64,000 bases of DNA, taken from the NCBI GenBank assembly GCA_004764695.1, contig SMSO01000025.1, positions 2,480,001 through 2,544,000 of the forward strand, written 5' to 3'. Positions 24,518 through 36,131 of this stretch are shown here, piece after piece (the first letter of the stretch is position 1; each line of letters starts with the position of its first letter). The stretch is from Schizochytrium sp. TIO01 (Eukaryota; Protista; Bigyra: Labyrinthulomycetes). A program made the position numbers and the translations under genes. The notes under the pieces were generated by a model. The model saw only the letters and a program-made list of their open reading frames with translations, had not been told where the DNA came from and made no database searches.

Positions 24518-25327
24518 TCAAGATGACGTCGAAATACTCGTATGATTATCAGCGATGCTTTGAGCCTGCTCAACATGCTTGGGTTGACTTCCCTCGGCAG
24601 ATCGAGCATGATTCACTGTTTCACTTAGTACGTCAGCGGCTGTCTCTGCGCGAGGCAGCAAGAGCAACCGCTGTAGCACTTCTTTGGGACAGTGAGGCAT
24701 ATAAGGCCGTTCAATTGGCAAACTGAGTTTTTCTAACGCGGCTAGTCGCTCTTCTTTTGATTTAATCTCATGAGCAAGACCAACCTCTTTGGCAAGCTCT
24801 GTAACATCTTCAATCGTTTCAACACTATTGACATATTTTTCAGATATTTGACCAGACAAGCCAATCTGAATTGCACGTTTGTTCAGCATTTTGCGAGGTT
24901 CAGGTTTCTTATCTTCAGGAGCGAACAAATCTCGCTCAGGATCCCATTGTACTCTACCAAGGGTTCCCCCACCGCCATGTTGACAAGCGCACTCCGTTAG
25001 GAGCTCAGCAACAGTTTCATGGGATAGCTTGACTTTTAACACTCGCTCTTGATTGTGTTTGCGCCCGTACCCACATCGATATAACATCCAAGCAAAGGAC
25101 GGCTTAATCCATGTCATGCGCAAAGGCTTGAACTCGGGACCGCCAAAAGCTTGGTGTTCCACAGCATGATCTGCGATAGAGTCCTTAAATGCTTGGTAGA
25201 AATATACACCTTCCTCATCCCATTCTGCATTGAAAACTTGAACAGTATCTTCTACCTTACGGAACGGTGTGCCTGATGCATTGCGTCGCGCGTTGCGAGG
25301 CCCTGGCCTCCTGCCATTTTTAGTCAT
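24518..25327 (-). CDS. DUF4291 family protein
   Basis: YQAF...IA..AVEHQAFG, RMTWIKPSFAWMLYRCGYG, QERVL, RVQWDPERD, RAIQIGL. Likely start MTKNGRR at 25327; the ORF is open to 25570. Confidence 0.85.
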   Translation of the reverse strand: MTKNGRRPGPRNARRNASGTPFRKVEDTVQVFNAEWDEEGVYFYQAFKDSIADHAVEHQAFGGPEFKPLRMTWIKPSFAWMLYRCGYGRKHNQERVLKVKLSHETVAELLTECACQHGGGGTLGRVQWDPERDLFAPEDKKPEPRKMLNKRAIQIGLSGQISEKYVNSVETIEDVTELAKEVGLAHEIKSKEERLAALEKLSLPIERPYMPHCPKEVLQRLLLLPRAETAADVLSETVNHARSAEGSQPKHVEQAQSIADNHTSISTSS

Positions 25328-25804
25328 GCTCAAGATACTTTGGCCGATATCACTCACGTTTCCAAGCAACTCCACAGCTCTTGAACAATATCTGCTCTCT
25401 GCAATAGCTCTAGGTGATTTACTCGCGTCTCTAAGGAACACGGACGCAGTATGGATTTGGACGTACTGAAGACCCCTCTCAACTATCATAGCAAATACAG
25501 CTGTCGTTTGTGATCTGGTGAAGCTGCTGCAAATCACCACCACAAATGTAGTACACAGTAGGTGAAGCATTCTCTATCATTTCAGAATTCTGATCATCCC
25601 TCGTAGGGCGTTCCGCTCAAGTTTGCGGATCGTTCCGGTTCCGTGCCTGGTCTCCGATGGTTCCACTTTCAACACACTGAGCAAAAATCAAGACGAACAT
25701 GATAATGATGATGATGACGGTGCCCATCATCCGTATCTTTGGGTACAAGTACTCACGCTGTACAAACGAAGACAGCAGCTAAAAACGCAACCAGAATAAC
25801 CTAG

Positions 25805-26479
25805 ATGTCCGCATCAGGCTTGTCTCGCGCTCAACGCGACAGACTCGAAGCAACAGGAGTTGACCCAGACGAGCAAGACCATGAGACCCACGTGGACATG
25901 GCAACCCTCTTTGCAAGGCAATCTCAGGCACAAACTCTAGATTCATCGTGGAGCAAGGGAGACGTAGAGAATCAGAAGCATGAGTTCGAAAGAAATGATA
26001 GACAACACCTTAATGCCCAAAGTCCAGCCTCAGTTGTATCTCTGACGGGCAGTGGAAATCAAGACTCGCGATCCCTTCACAGAGCCTGCAGACAAATTTG
26101 CTATGCTGCACTCTTATGGCCAGCAATACGATCAGCATGGGAAAATAATGTCGCGTGCTCCATGCTTGCGATCTTCTTTACAGAGATCAGTGGGATCCTG
26201 TGTATTGCAAGGGCTATCCAGATTGCGTGGAACCAACCTCAAGTCTCCTTTGATCAAGTAGTTACGATGGCTCTTGCTGTATCTTACCTTTTTGTTACTT
26301 ATGGAGCGGGTACTGGGCAAGGTTTAATGAATTTATGGACTATTGCAGTATCTCTATACATGATGAAGATTTCTCTTCGGTCAGGAAGATCACCACGACT
26401 CGTCGTCATGTTGCTTCTCATTGGCTTTATGATGATGCCCCCTTCACCGCACTCTCTGATGTGTCCTGATAATGAATGA
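25805..26479 (+). CDS. Hypothetical protein with several C-terminal hydrophobic (putative transmembrane) segments
   Basis: 224-aa ATG ORF with a polar N-terminus and 4-5 hydrophobic stretches; no family recognised. Confidence 0.55.
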   Translation: MSASGLSRAQRDRLEATGVDPDEQDHETHVDMATLFARQSQAQTLDSSWSKGDVENQKHEFERNDRQHLNAQSPASVVSLTGSGNQDSRSLHRACRQICYAALLWPAIRSAWENNVACSMLAIFFTEISGILCIARAIQIAWNQPQVSFDQVVTMALAVSYLFVTYGAGTGQGLMNLWTIAVSLYMMKISLRSGRSPRLVVMLLLIGFMMMPPSPHSLMCPDNE

Positions 26480-26614
26480 ATAATATTTGAAATGTAAATT
26501 TTTATACATTGGCATTGTTGTTGCGCATCTTTGACTTGTTTCGGAAATGTGCTCAATCAAACTCTGGAAGTGGGCGAAATTATCGTAAAAGTAAGAAATT
26601 ATTTTCTTTATAGG

Positions 26615-29600
26615 TCATTCGTGGCGGGATGAAGTTTTCAGAGGCTCTGGGCGTTTCTGTTGTCGCAAGAGTTTCTGAGTAGGGTTACGCACCCTCCCAT
26701 TTTGGGAGGTCTGGGCAGATGCTGTCTGGGCTACGCGGCGACGTTGCACGGCAAGCTGTTGCTGCTGTTTCTCAAAGACCGAGCGCTCACTTTCCAAAGG
26801 GTCAATTTCCTCTAGGAGATACTTTCCTAAACCTTCCATTCTACGCATAAAATTTTCACCAGAGTTGACAATGCCTCTGAAAAAGTTGTTTCCTGCTCTG
26901 CTCAAAGTAATGTCTTCATCGTCGATAGTTGGGCTGCTTTGAGCGAATGATCTTGGTGATCTGTTACTCTGACTTGCCAGATTTTCAAGGTCAATCACTG
27001 TCTCAACATTCTTGGTTTGAGCAAAACCCGACGATATTTGTCTCGCTTCGCCTCGTGGGTGTTGAGTTTTAACCTTTTGATGCGCGGCTTGATCAAGCGC
27101 TTGGTTCCGAGAAATTTTAACAGATAGCTCGCGATTAAGGCCTGAAGCCGGCGCGTCACTTGATTGGCTGCTGCCAGCGAGTTCCAATTTCGCTCCAGTA
27201 GATGGGGTTGGCTGTTCTGCGAGTTCGCATAAGCGCTCTGAGAGTACCCGATTAGCCTCTTTGAGCTGCACGTTTTCACGCGAGAGCCGAACAACAGCAG
27301 CTTTGAGCTTCCGCGCAATTGCGATTGGCACGAATTCTTTGGATGGAGATGTAAGACTCGCAATGCTTTCGGATTGGGCCTTTTTGGGAGTGGTGTTAGG
27401 CGATTTTGAGTTTTCCTTTCGTGAGGCCTCTTTCTCAGGTGCATCTGGAGTTTCAGGGCTGCTGTCAGTGTCTTTACCGTACCTCTCGGCAGAGGGGTGA
27501 TCACCATTCCCCTGTGTTCCTTGGTCATTGTTGTTCACATCATCAGCATCCTTGCAATGAACTTGTGTGGTACCTGGTGGCGTGCCGGGAACGTTATTAG
27601 GTGTTGATAATTGCACAGATATTTCACTCACATGGTCGTTTATCTGGGATGCATAGTTGTGAGAAACCTTTAGAGCTAGTTCTGCCTCCAGCTCAGCAAT
27701 GCGAGCGTTCAAAGTCTTGACGGTCTCTTGCAAACCAAAAACTGATTGAGCTTCACGGTATGCTGCAAGTCGCTTTACAAATAATTTTTGAGCAGAAAGA
27801 CGTCGCACGAGAGCTTGCATATGAATAACGTGTTTGTACTGAATGTCATAAGCTTTACGGCTCAAGCACATACGTACCCAACTCTGTAAACGTAGACTTG
27901 CACATTGTTGAATTGCTCGCCGGGCCCGAAAGCATCGGAACATACACTGTATTGCAATAGCAGCGTTGATCGTCTTCTTGTACTGACGGACACAAACGAG
28001 TGATCGCCAGAATGATTGTGCGTGAATGACTGCTGCTCGCAGACGCTGAAATTGAAGCCGTGCGAATAGAGCTCGAGCGTAGTTCTGCAAAGTGCGTGCA
28101 GCACAAAACTTACGCACATACACCCGTGCGAGGAAACTACGCACGATCTTTTGCACAATAATAGTATTGTCTTGCAAGACTAACTGATGGCGCTCGCGCA
28201 ATATACGAAGAGCCCCGTGCACGAAAAATGTACGTGTTTTACCAACAAAGTAAAACGAGCGCTCATCCTGTTTCGTGAAAATGCGCTCAAGCATGCTTTG
28301 AGCTACCTGATTATGATTATCTTCGGCAAGAACAAAACCTATGTTGAAGTTCCGAACAATATCTGTGTGGGGGATGCGATCTGAATAACCTGCGCGCGAA
28401 ATTCGGATCGCCTCCACAACTCCACTGCATCTAAGCTGCTCACTCACCATATCATCATCAAAGTGATCCCTACGCATGGTTTTGTTTGGTTTAATGCAAC
28501 GCACAAAATGTGTATTGGTCTCTGTAATCGCCTTCATAAGGTCTTCAAGCTGTCTGCGAAACTTGTAGGTTAAAGTACGCTTTCCAGAGCTCTGTTCACT
28601 CTCTGAACCTTGAGAAACCATAAGTTTTCTCATGAATTCATGGTTACCCTGCAGAATATATGCACCCAGCGTCTCATTAAGATGGTCGAGGTTGATTTCT
28701 AGGAAGTTATTTGCACTATAAGAAACCTTTCCAGCAAAATGCTGGATCGTGAATGTATGTTTGTCAAAGCGATCTCTTTGAAGGAGATGTGAACGAGAGG
28801 TGTCGGCCGTCAACTTCGATACAAAGCCATGATCTGAGCCATTCGGACGAACTGATTCCTCGTGAAGAAGGCCGAATACACTTGCAGACTTGCCTTGGAT
28901 CAGTGCAATGACTTCGGCACCATCATTATGGTCAATGCGAGTCCATGGTACACCTTCTCGCTCATACTCTAGTTGAACTTGGTGCAGAACACAATCATTG
29001 AAGATTTGCTGAAGCCTTTCATTTGTAAAATTGATGCATAGCTGTTCGAGAGAATTCTTCTCAAAACATTCAAAGCCGAAGATGTCAAGAATCTTGATAG
29101 AATGGTCGCTTGCTGCTGCTCTTTGTAGACTTTGCAGAAGCTGTTGCACTTCTACATCACCGTCGTCGCAGTCAATGTCGCCCATTTGATTAAGGCTTTT
29201 GAACTCAGCTGCATTGCCAATTATATTGCGATTGATTTGAGTAACAAGCCAATCAAAAAGTGCTGAGTAGAGGGCCTTTGCAAGAGCCTGAGCGTTGGCC
29301 TTAGATTCTTCTGCGGTCAAAGGTTTGGAAATACTTTCTTTGCCAACTTTGATTTGTCGTTTTGTGAGAGCTTCCTCAAGTTTGGTATCGTCGGTCTCAC
29401 CCACAATAGATAAAAGTCGAGGCATGACTATTTCCTTGCTCAAAACACTCACTGAGGAGGTCTCAGCTGAGTCATCAGCCTGAAATTCGAGTTCCAGAAG
29501 GAAAAGAACTACAGAGAGTACATCAAGGATGTCCCGAAACACCTTCTCGTCACCCAAGCCAATACTCCTTAGAGCAGCACGAGTAATTAAGCCATGTTTC

Positions 29601-30499
29601 TGATCACGAGCAATCTGCTGATTGTTTGTCAAACATTCTAATGCCAAGTTGCCAAAGTTCTTGGTAGCATAATCTTCATCGAGACCACCGTTTACTAGCT
29701 GGTAAAATATATGAAACGTGCGCTCTCCAGCGCCTTGATGAACAAGGCGACTCTTTTCAAGCAAATATGTTGATAACGTAGCACCAGCAAGGACAGGGGC
29801 ATCTGTATCTTGTGATTTCTGAAAAAGGAGAGAAATAAACTTTCCAAAGCGGGAGCTGTTGTCATTGCGGGCAGTTTTGGCGTTTCCAAATGCTTCCAGC
29901 AACGGATTTGACTGAAGAATACGCTCTACAGTCGAGCGATTCTCAGCTGCTGCAATACCGCCCATTTTGTCACTAATCAAGGCGAAGTGATCCATGAGGA
30001 TTTTTGTGGATTCGGTCTTGCCAGCACCAGACTCACCACTGACGAGGATGCTTTGAGACTTTGTACGGGAGCACATGTCAACATAGCTGGCACACGAGGT
30101 GCGATACAAGTGGGGCGGTAAGGAGGGCTCATTGGCTTCAGCGTTATGTTGTTTTCTTATATATGCATCAACAAACTCTTCTTGTCGAGCAGTTGAATAA
30201 AGATGCTCGTGCCTGTGAAACGGGTTTACTGCAATGCACATACCAACAGCAGAGGTGTACGGCTTGTCGCCATGGAATCTTGCCTTGAGGGTATTAATGA
30301 CAATCTCTTCGTTGAGTTGTGGTAAATCATTAAGCTCATCAATCTCACATTCTAATGATGTGACCGGTTCGTGGTTATTAGCATTGGTCTTGTTGCTCTC
30401 CACGGGATCTGCTTGGCTTCCTTGCACCACTTCTTCACGTGTGTTTGCCTCCGCGTTGTACTCGCTGTTCTCATTCGCCGCAATCGCTTGGGTCTCCAT
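26615..30499 (-). CDS. Unconventional myosin (motor, several IQ motifs, coiled-coil/disordered tail)
   Basis: P-loop GESGAGKT, switch I NDNSSRFGK, YLLEKSR, switch II ILDIFGFE, HFVRCIKPN, QLRCSGVVEAIRI; IQ-like repeats (VQKIVRSFLAR, IQCMFRCFRAR, LQSWVRMCLSR). Confidence 0.95.
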   Translation of the reverse strand: METQAIAANENSEYNAEANTREEVVQGSQADPVESNKTNANNHEPVTSLECEIDELNDLPQLNEEIVINTLKARFHGDKPYTSAVGMCIAVNPFHRHEHLYSTARQEEFVDAYIRKQHNAEANEPSLPPHLYRTSCASYVDMCSRTKSQSILVSGESGAGKTESTKILMDHFALISDKMGGIAAAENRSTVERILQSNPLLEAFGNAKTARNDNSSRFGKFISLLFQKSQDTDAPVLAGATLSTYLLEKSRLVHQGAGERTFHIFYQLVNGGLDEDYATKNFGNLALECLTNNQQIARDQKHGLITRAALRSIGLGDEKVFRDILDVLSVVLFLLELEFQADDSAETSSVSVLSKEIVMPRLLSIVGETDDTKLEEALTKRQIKVGKESISKPLTAEESKANAQALAKALYSALFDWLVTQINRNIIGNAAEFKSLNQMGDIDCDDGDVEVQQLLQSLQRAAASDHSIKILDIFGFECFEKNSLEQLCINFTNERLQQIFNDCVLHQVQLEYEREGVPWTRIDHNDGAEVIALIQGKSASVFGLLHEESVRPNGSDHGFVSKLTADTSRSHLLQRDRFDKHTFTIQHFAGKVSYSANNFLEINLDHLNETLGAYILQGNHEFMRKLMVSQGSESEQSSGKRTLTYKFRRQLEDLMKAITETNTHFVRCIKPNKTMRRDHFDDDMVSEQLRCSGVVEAIRISRAGYSDRIPHTDIVRNFNIGFVLAEDNHNQVAQSMLERIFTKQDERSFYFVGKTRTFFVHGALRILRERHQLVLQDNTIIVQKIVRSFLARVYVRKFCAARTLQNYARALFARLQFQRLRAAVIHAQSFWRSLVCVRQYKKTINAAIAIQCMFRCFRARRAIQQCASLRLQSWVRMCLSRKAYDIQYKHVIHMQALVRRLSAQKLFVKRLAAYREAQSVFGLQETVKTLNARIAELEAELALKVSHNYASQINDHVSEISVQLSTPNNVPGTPPGTTQVHCKDADDVNNNDQGTQGNGDHPSAERYGKDTDSSPETPDAPEKEASRKENSKSPNTTPKKAQSESIASLTSPSKEFVPIAIARKLKAAVVRLSRENVQLKEANRVLSERLCELAEQPTPSTGAKLELAGSSQSSDAPASGLNRELSVKISRNQALDQAAHQKVKTQHPRGEARQISSGFAQTKNVETVIDLENLASQSNRSPRSFAQSSPTIDDEDITLSRAGNNFFRGIVNSGENFMRRMEGLGKYLLEEIDPLESERSVFEKQQQQLAVQRRRVAQTASAQTSQNGRVRNPTQKLLRQQKRPEPLKTSSRHE

Positions 30500-32616
30500 T
30501 TTTACTTTTAATCTTGTCTTGGTCGGAGTTGTTGTTTCGCTTTGTTGCTACTGCAAGGTTTCAAGTCTTGGCAATCGGCGTCACTGCAACCGTTCTCTGC
30601 ACGTTGACTTGTCCACTTGCAGGGGAGCTGAGGTCCCAAGCCTTAGTAGTGTGACTTCCACTATAGTTCAATCTTTTCCAGGGCCAACAGCAACCTCCTG
30701 GGCTCCGTGGCGAGATTTCAATTGCAGTTCTGGGCTCCACCGATCGCCATGCAATGCAACGTTGGTAGTAGAGCATTCCACATCACTTTAATGAGTATAC
30801 TCTCACTATCATTAAATATTTTCATACTGCTAACGTTTACATTATAGACTTCCTACATCTTCTGTTATTTAAAACGAAAATAAAACATTGAACGAAAACG
30901 AAGAAATAGTTTTCTCGGTCTGCTTTTTCCCCTATCAAACGTCTACTATTTTTTTCCCCTAGAAAATGCAAAATGGAGACCCCAAGAGCTGTTTCATCTC
31001 GAATAATAAGACTCTAGTACAAAGTATGACTGCAACCCACCAGCTATGGGTGAACTACTTTCCAGCAGCTTCTATTCTTCATTATTAGCACAATCATCGT
31101 ATTCGGTGCTCTTCTCTGGATTTGGTCGGCATCCTGGTCTCCATTCTCGTATCCAATATCCTTTTCTTTTTCCCTCTTCTCGGCGGTTGCATCAGTGTCA
31201 GCGGAACCCATTTTCGATCCGGGGTCACAAGTGACGTAGTCGGTAAAGCACTAGTAATGTACCAGGCTTCTTTCTTTCCAGGATACAGACCAATGGCATA
31301 TCCGCTTTCACGCTTGTGCTGGTGCTCTAAAAGGCATAGAAGCTCGAGCTGAAGGGTCGTAGGTAGCCAGAGATTGCCCCTCAGAGACCAATTTTGGGCA
31401 CAAGCCTACCAATAATTGCTCATTTCCGGCTGCCTTCAAAGCCTCAACGAGAAGGCAAAGTAAAGTAACGCACAAAAGTGGTTCGCAAAGTACCCTCCCA
31501 GATTGATTTTATCATATTGTCAATCAGTGTACTTTATACCTTTATGTAAGATAATCGTAGGTATGGGAAAGGAGGGGCTAAAAGGAACGAATATCTTTGT
31601 AAGATATCCCCACTGGGGTAATCATGAGCACTTGCTCCTCACAACCACTCTGTCATTATTTTCAGTCAGAGCAATTATTAAAAATATGCTCTTACTCACA
31701 AAATCTGCTTATAGTTTCCCTCACACATGCAAACAGTCAACTTCTTCGTGCCATATAATCATTGCTTCTTTTCTCCAAGAAAATGGTTTTAAAATCCCAC
31801 AGCCCCTCTATCAACTGATATTTTAAAACCAGTGTACGTGAGGCAGTGTGTTGAGAGGAAGTTGAGGGTTTCTTCACTGAGATAATTTCTTTGAAAAGGG
31901 GCCTCTCAACGAGGTCTTTAAAATCCGCCACGCCAGTCAGAGTCGCATCTTTCGGTGATCTTCGTCCTCCTCTCGCGTGGACCCGCTCAACAGGTACGTC
32001 TGCGCTGGGTGCGCTCCTTGCGGTGGCATCCCGTGGCCCCCTCTATGTCCCGCCCGCTCTCGCTGTTCTCGCGGCCCTCTATCTCGCGGGGCTTTCCGAA
32101 CGGTGAACGAATGCAGCGGAAGCCGCTTGCTAGCTCCTTCGCCTCTCTAGGGTCCCTCCTACCTCTTTCTCTACGACCTCACGCAGGGTCGGCTAGCCTC
32201 GACTCCGCCGCCTCTGCCGCGGCTGCTGCTGTGCCCTCGCTGCAGCCATGGGCCGCCTTGGCTTCGGGCCTCCCCGAGGCGCCTTTGGCCTCCGTCCGCG
32301 TCGCTCCCAGCGGCCTGGCCATGCCCTGGAGCCCCGTGGAGCCGGCGGTCCGGCGCTCTTCTCTTTCGCTCTTTCTCTCTTTCTTATTTCTTTCTCTCTT
32401 CTTTCTTTCTTTTACTGTATATGTGTAATTGATATATGGAGGTCAATGTATATATATGTATGTATGTATATATATATATATGTATTGTCTTGATACGCGT
32501 ATATGCGATAGTATTGGAATGTAGTGGATAATAGGGAGAATTAGGAGAATAGATATCGATTGAGCGAAAGCAAAGCGAAACAAAGCCCAGCAAAGCTTCG
32601 TTTGCGGCGCGTGAAG

Positions 32617-32750
32617 GTAGGCAACTGAGGCGGGCGGGGCGTGGAATGGAGGGGTGTGTGGGCGAGGCCTCCGGGCGATGGAGCTGATGGAGTTGATGGT
32701 AAGCTGGGTGACTGGTTGACTGACGATTGCTTTGCGTGACGATTTTGCAG
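32617..32750 (+). other. Probable 5'-UTR intron of the V-ATPase c gene
   Basis: GAAG|GTAGGC donor, CTGAC-like branch motifs and a TTTTGCAG acceptor 50 nt before the ATG. Confidence 0.5.
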
Positions 32751-32800
32751 ATTTATATATATAACTTTGGAGAGACTAAGTTCTCCTCGCGACAGTCAAA

Positions 32801-33683
32801 ATGAGCTCAACAGATGCGGACCTCCTTAACTCGCTGACCGGCCCGTCGGCATACTTTTTTGCGTACATTGGCGCCGCCTCCGCCATTGTCTTCGCTAACC
32901 TTGGCTCTGCCTATGGTACTGCCAAGGCCGGTGTTGGTATCCTCTCCATGGGTGTCGTCTCCCCGCACCTTGTCATGAAGGTAAGTGCTGATGAATCTCG
33001 AACATAGATTCTTGCTCAACGAAGCTGTGTGGCTAGAACCCCTTGCTAACAACCTTTGCAATTTCTTCTTCACGCTGGCGTCTCTACTTTTTGTGTGCAT
33101 TTATTTTAACATAACAGAACATCATCCCCGCCGTCATGGCTGGTATCTTGGGTATCTACGGTCTTATTGTGGCCGTTCTCCTCAACGGTACCATCACTGC
33201 CCCCGTGGCCCCCACCAACGGCGTGATCTGCCCGGACGCCGACTGCTTTAAGTACTCTGATGGCTTCCGTGCCCTCGCTTCTGGTCTCTGCTGTGGTATC
33301 AGTTCTCTTGGTGCCGGTATGGCCATCGGTATCGTTGGTGATGCTGGTGTGCGCGCTGTTGGTCAGCAGGTAAGTCTATGATTGAATGTCTTTTCAACCA
33401 TATGAAGTATTTCTTGGCTTCTCGTAGGGAAGAACGCGTTTCTTTCGAGTTCACCCTCTATCTTTTGTAAATAACATGTGATGAGGAATCGAGAGTTTAA
33501 TTTTTTATTCTTTAAACAAACTGAGGTACTGACAGTGGCATTTGCATGATTTTTGTGTGCGTGTGAATTAAATTTAAATCTCAATAGGACCGTCTCTTCG
33601 TTGGTATGATTCTTATCCTCATTTTCGCTGAGGCCGTCGCTCTTTACGGTCTTATCGTTGCCCTCGTGCTCTCCCAGGGTTAA
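32801..33683 (+). CDS. ATP6V0C: V-type ATPase 16-kDa proteolipid subunit c; exons 32801-32980, 33118-33369, 33588-33683
   Basis: Spliced product has [16 protein letters not shown]|[32 protein letters not shown] and [21 protein letters not shown] with the essential Glu. Both introns are phase-0 GTAAGT...AG. Confidence 0.95.
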
Positions 33684-35216
33684 GCAATGTCTCTGTAGCC
33701 TTGAAAGACAGTGGCCTAGCCCGTCTGATACCCTGCATACTAATCATCCAACGAGTAAAAACAAGCATCTTACACTAGCTTTCCCCCCAAGTTTTACAAA
33801 ATGCTCTCTTTTGATTTATTGATCTTGTCCTTATGCACTACATCAACTAACCCAGGGCTTGCTCGCTCCCAAAGTTGTTTTTCCTTCACTCGTATCCTCA
33901 CCTCCAAAAGATTCATTCGCAAGTGGAAAAGGCTTAGTTGCCAAAATTTTGCCCTGTTGAATGAGAAAATTGCACTTTTCAAACTCTCATATAAAAGCAT
34001 TTTTCGATTTAGTTGCTGAAAGTTGTCGTTGTTGTTCGTTGATCTGCACCAATTAAGGATTTCTTACTCCCCTGCCTTAGTAGGATTGATATTTCTTACC
34101 TACATATTTTGTAATTCGATTGCAGTCTGATGTTCTTTCAAGTTGTTGGGACTTTCATGATTTCTCCACGATGATCGCCTTCCCACACTCAGTAGTTATG
34201 ACTTCTTGTTATCTTTTAGATTTAATCACCATCAGAAAGTTTATTCCACCTCACATCTTAAGGTGAGTCTCAGACAGGTTTCCCTCTCTCCATTTATTTT
34301 TCATTTACCACAGTCCACTCTGGTATCACTGATTATAACTCATATATAATAGTAACCTTCAAAGCCCAGTGGCCGAGACTTGAATACTGCTTAATTATCA
34401 CAGTGATATTTCTGAAATGATTAATTAAATCTCCCCCACTTCCCACAGTGCCACTGACTGTGATGCAATGCAGTGATGACCTACGCGAATGTTCCTCCGC
34501 CTCTTTGCCGCAGAATCCATCTTGGAGGCCAAGCTTGAGGCTGCAGCGATCTCCTTTTATGAAATAGCTGCTCCTGGGCTTTTTTCTAGTGCCTTTATGT
34601 GTGGATTTGAGCAGCTTTCGATAGCTTCTGCAGTTTTCATGGCTAATTTCTGGTGACCTTTCATGATGTTAGCATTTGCGTCCTGACCTTCATATTCTGC
34701 TCTAAATTAGTAGATACAAGTCTATCCTCGGCTGCCCAGTTCGGGCGCGGACCCATATTGATGAACTGAGTTCCAACGACAATATTGCCGGTTATGTTAA
34801 CTTGTATTCAACAAACGGGGGTTTAGAGGTCTCGGAAGTAGATAGGTCTAGCTAGGTACAAGTAGCAGCAGTACCTACTACGTGCGCTGTAGTTTCTCTT
34901 AGAGTTTTCTCTCTCCTCTGATGGTTTGGTCTTGGATTGAAGTTGAAAGGCTTCTACAGTGAATCTGCGTAGCACTGTAGTAGAGGAAATCGTATAACCC
35001 ACTTTGCAGATCTCGGGCAAGTAGAACATTTTTGGCTTTCTCAATAGAAAATAGATTCGTAGAGAATGAATGAGTCACTCACTCACTCACTCACTATCAA
35101 TAGAGAGAGAGACAGAGAGAGAGAAATCAATCGATAAATAGTCGATGAGCTAAAGGAATGCGATAATAATATGGATACACCATCATTGCTACTGCTAGTG
35201 GGCGGCTAGCAGGGAC

Positions 35217-35303
<87 letters not shown>
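35217..35303. repeat. (TAGA)21 microsatellite with neighbouring (GA)n, (CACT)n, (TTCA)n, (CATC)n tracts at 35060-35980
   Basis: Perfect tetranucleotide run, directly visible. Confidence 0.95.
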
Positions 35304-36131
35304 TATTGTTATGAAATAGGATCCGCGATGAGGATTAAGATCAAGTTGGAAATGCGATGAGACTGTGCTTCGAAGCGGTTCTTGGAGATAGATCGTGGAG
35401 ACATGAGCCATCGTCGAGAATGGGTAAAGAGCGGCGCTCTGGGGCAATGGCGGACTGCACTGGCATTCGCAGATATCGATTATGGGTAGATCGCGATCTG
35501 TGGATTGATTTGTTCGGGTCGTTTTAATTGTCTGTGACTGTGAAATCATCGCAACTTGAAAAATAATGACAATAGTGAAAGAGGAAAAAAACATTATTTT
35601 AAAAATAGATACAGAATAGAGGGGACTAGGGGTTAGATAGATATTTTGGTAGTAGCTGTCTATCTTTACAGAGAGAGAGAGAGAGAGAGGGAGAGAGTCA
35701 ACTTAACTATCTTTGCTCGCTACGACTCCACTTGAGCGCTGCCTCGCGAGAAGCCCTGGCGGCAGGCCCGCTCTGCTACAGAACGAGAAGGCAAGAAGCG
35801 CCTCCCATCGCCGTCTACCTCCTCGCTGCGTTTTCGTGGAGCGAGGTCTGACGCGGCGTACCCAGCAAGCCAGCTTTTAAAGCCTTGAGTTGAAAGCTTT
35901 TTTCTTTCTATCGTTCATTCATTCATTCCTCGAATCTTCTTCATCCTCATCCATCCATCCATCCATCCCCCTATCTATCTTCCCGTCTGCCCGCTTTCTG
36001 CAAGCGAGCGACTAGCACTGCGGTCTTCGGAGAGAGGCCGTGTAGATCTGCTCGAGTCAGCTGCGGGCGCATCGTGCGTGCAGCAGTAAAGTTTTCTTCG
36101 AGTCCAAGTCAAAGTCGTCGATACAGGCAGA

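Noticed and set aside
31955-32428. 157-aa ORF in a GC-rich island
   Set aside because: Low-complexity product ending in CT-rich repeats; better explained as upstream non-coding sequence.
34480-34700. Protein-like minus-strand fragment with an internal stop
   Set aside because: Too short and no recognisable motif, so a TE relic call is unsupported.
35127-35594. ORFs spanning microsatellites (also 17559-18315)
   Set aside because: Repeat-derived reading frames (LSIY, MQCNA and FIHS repeats).
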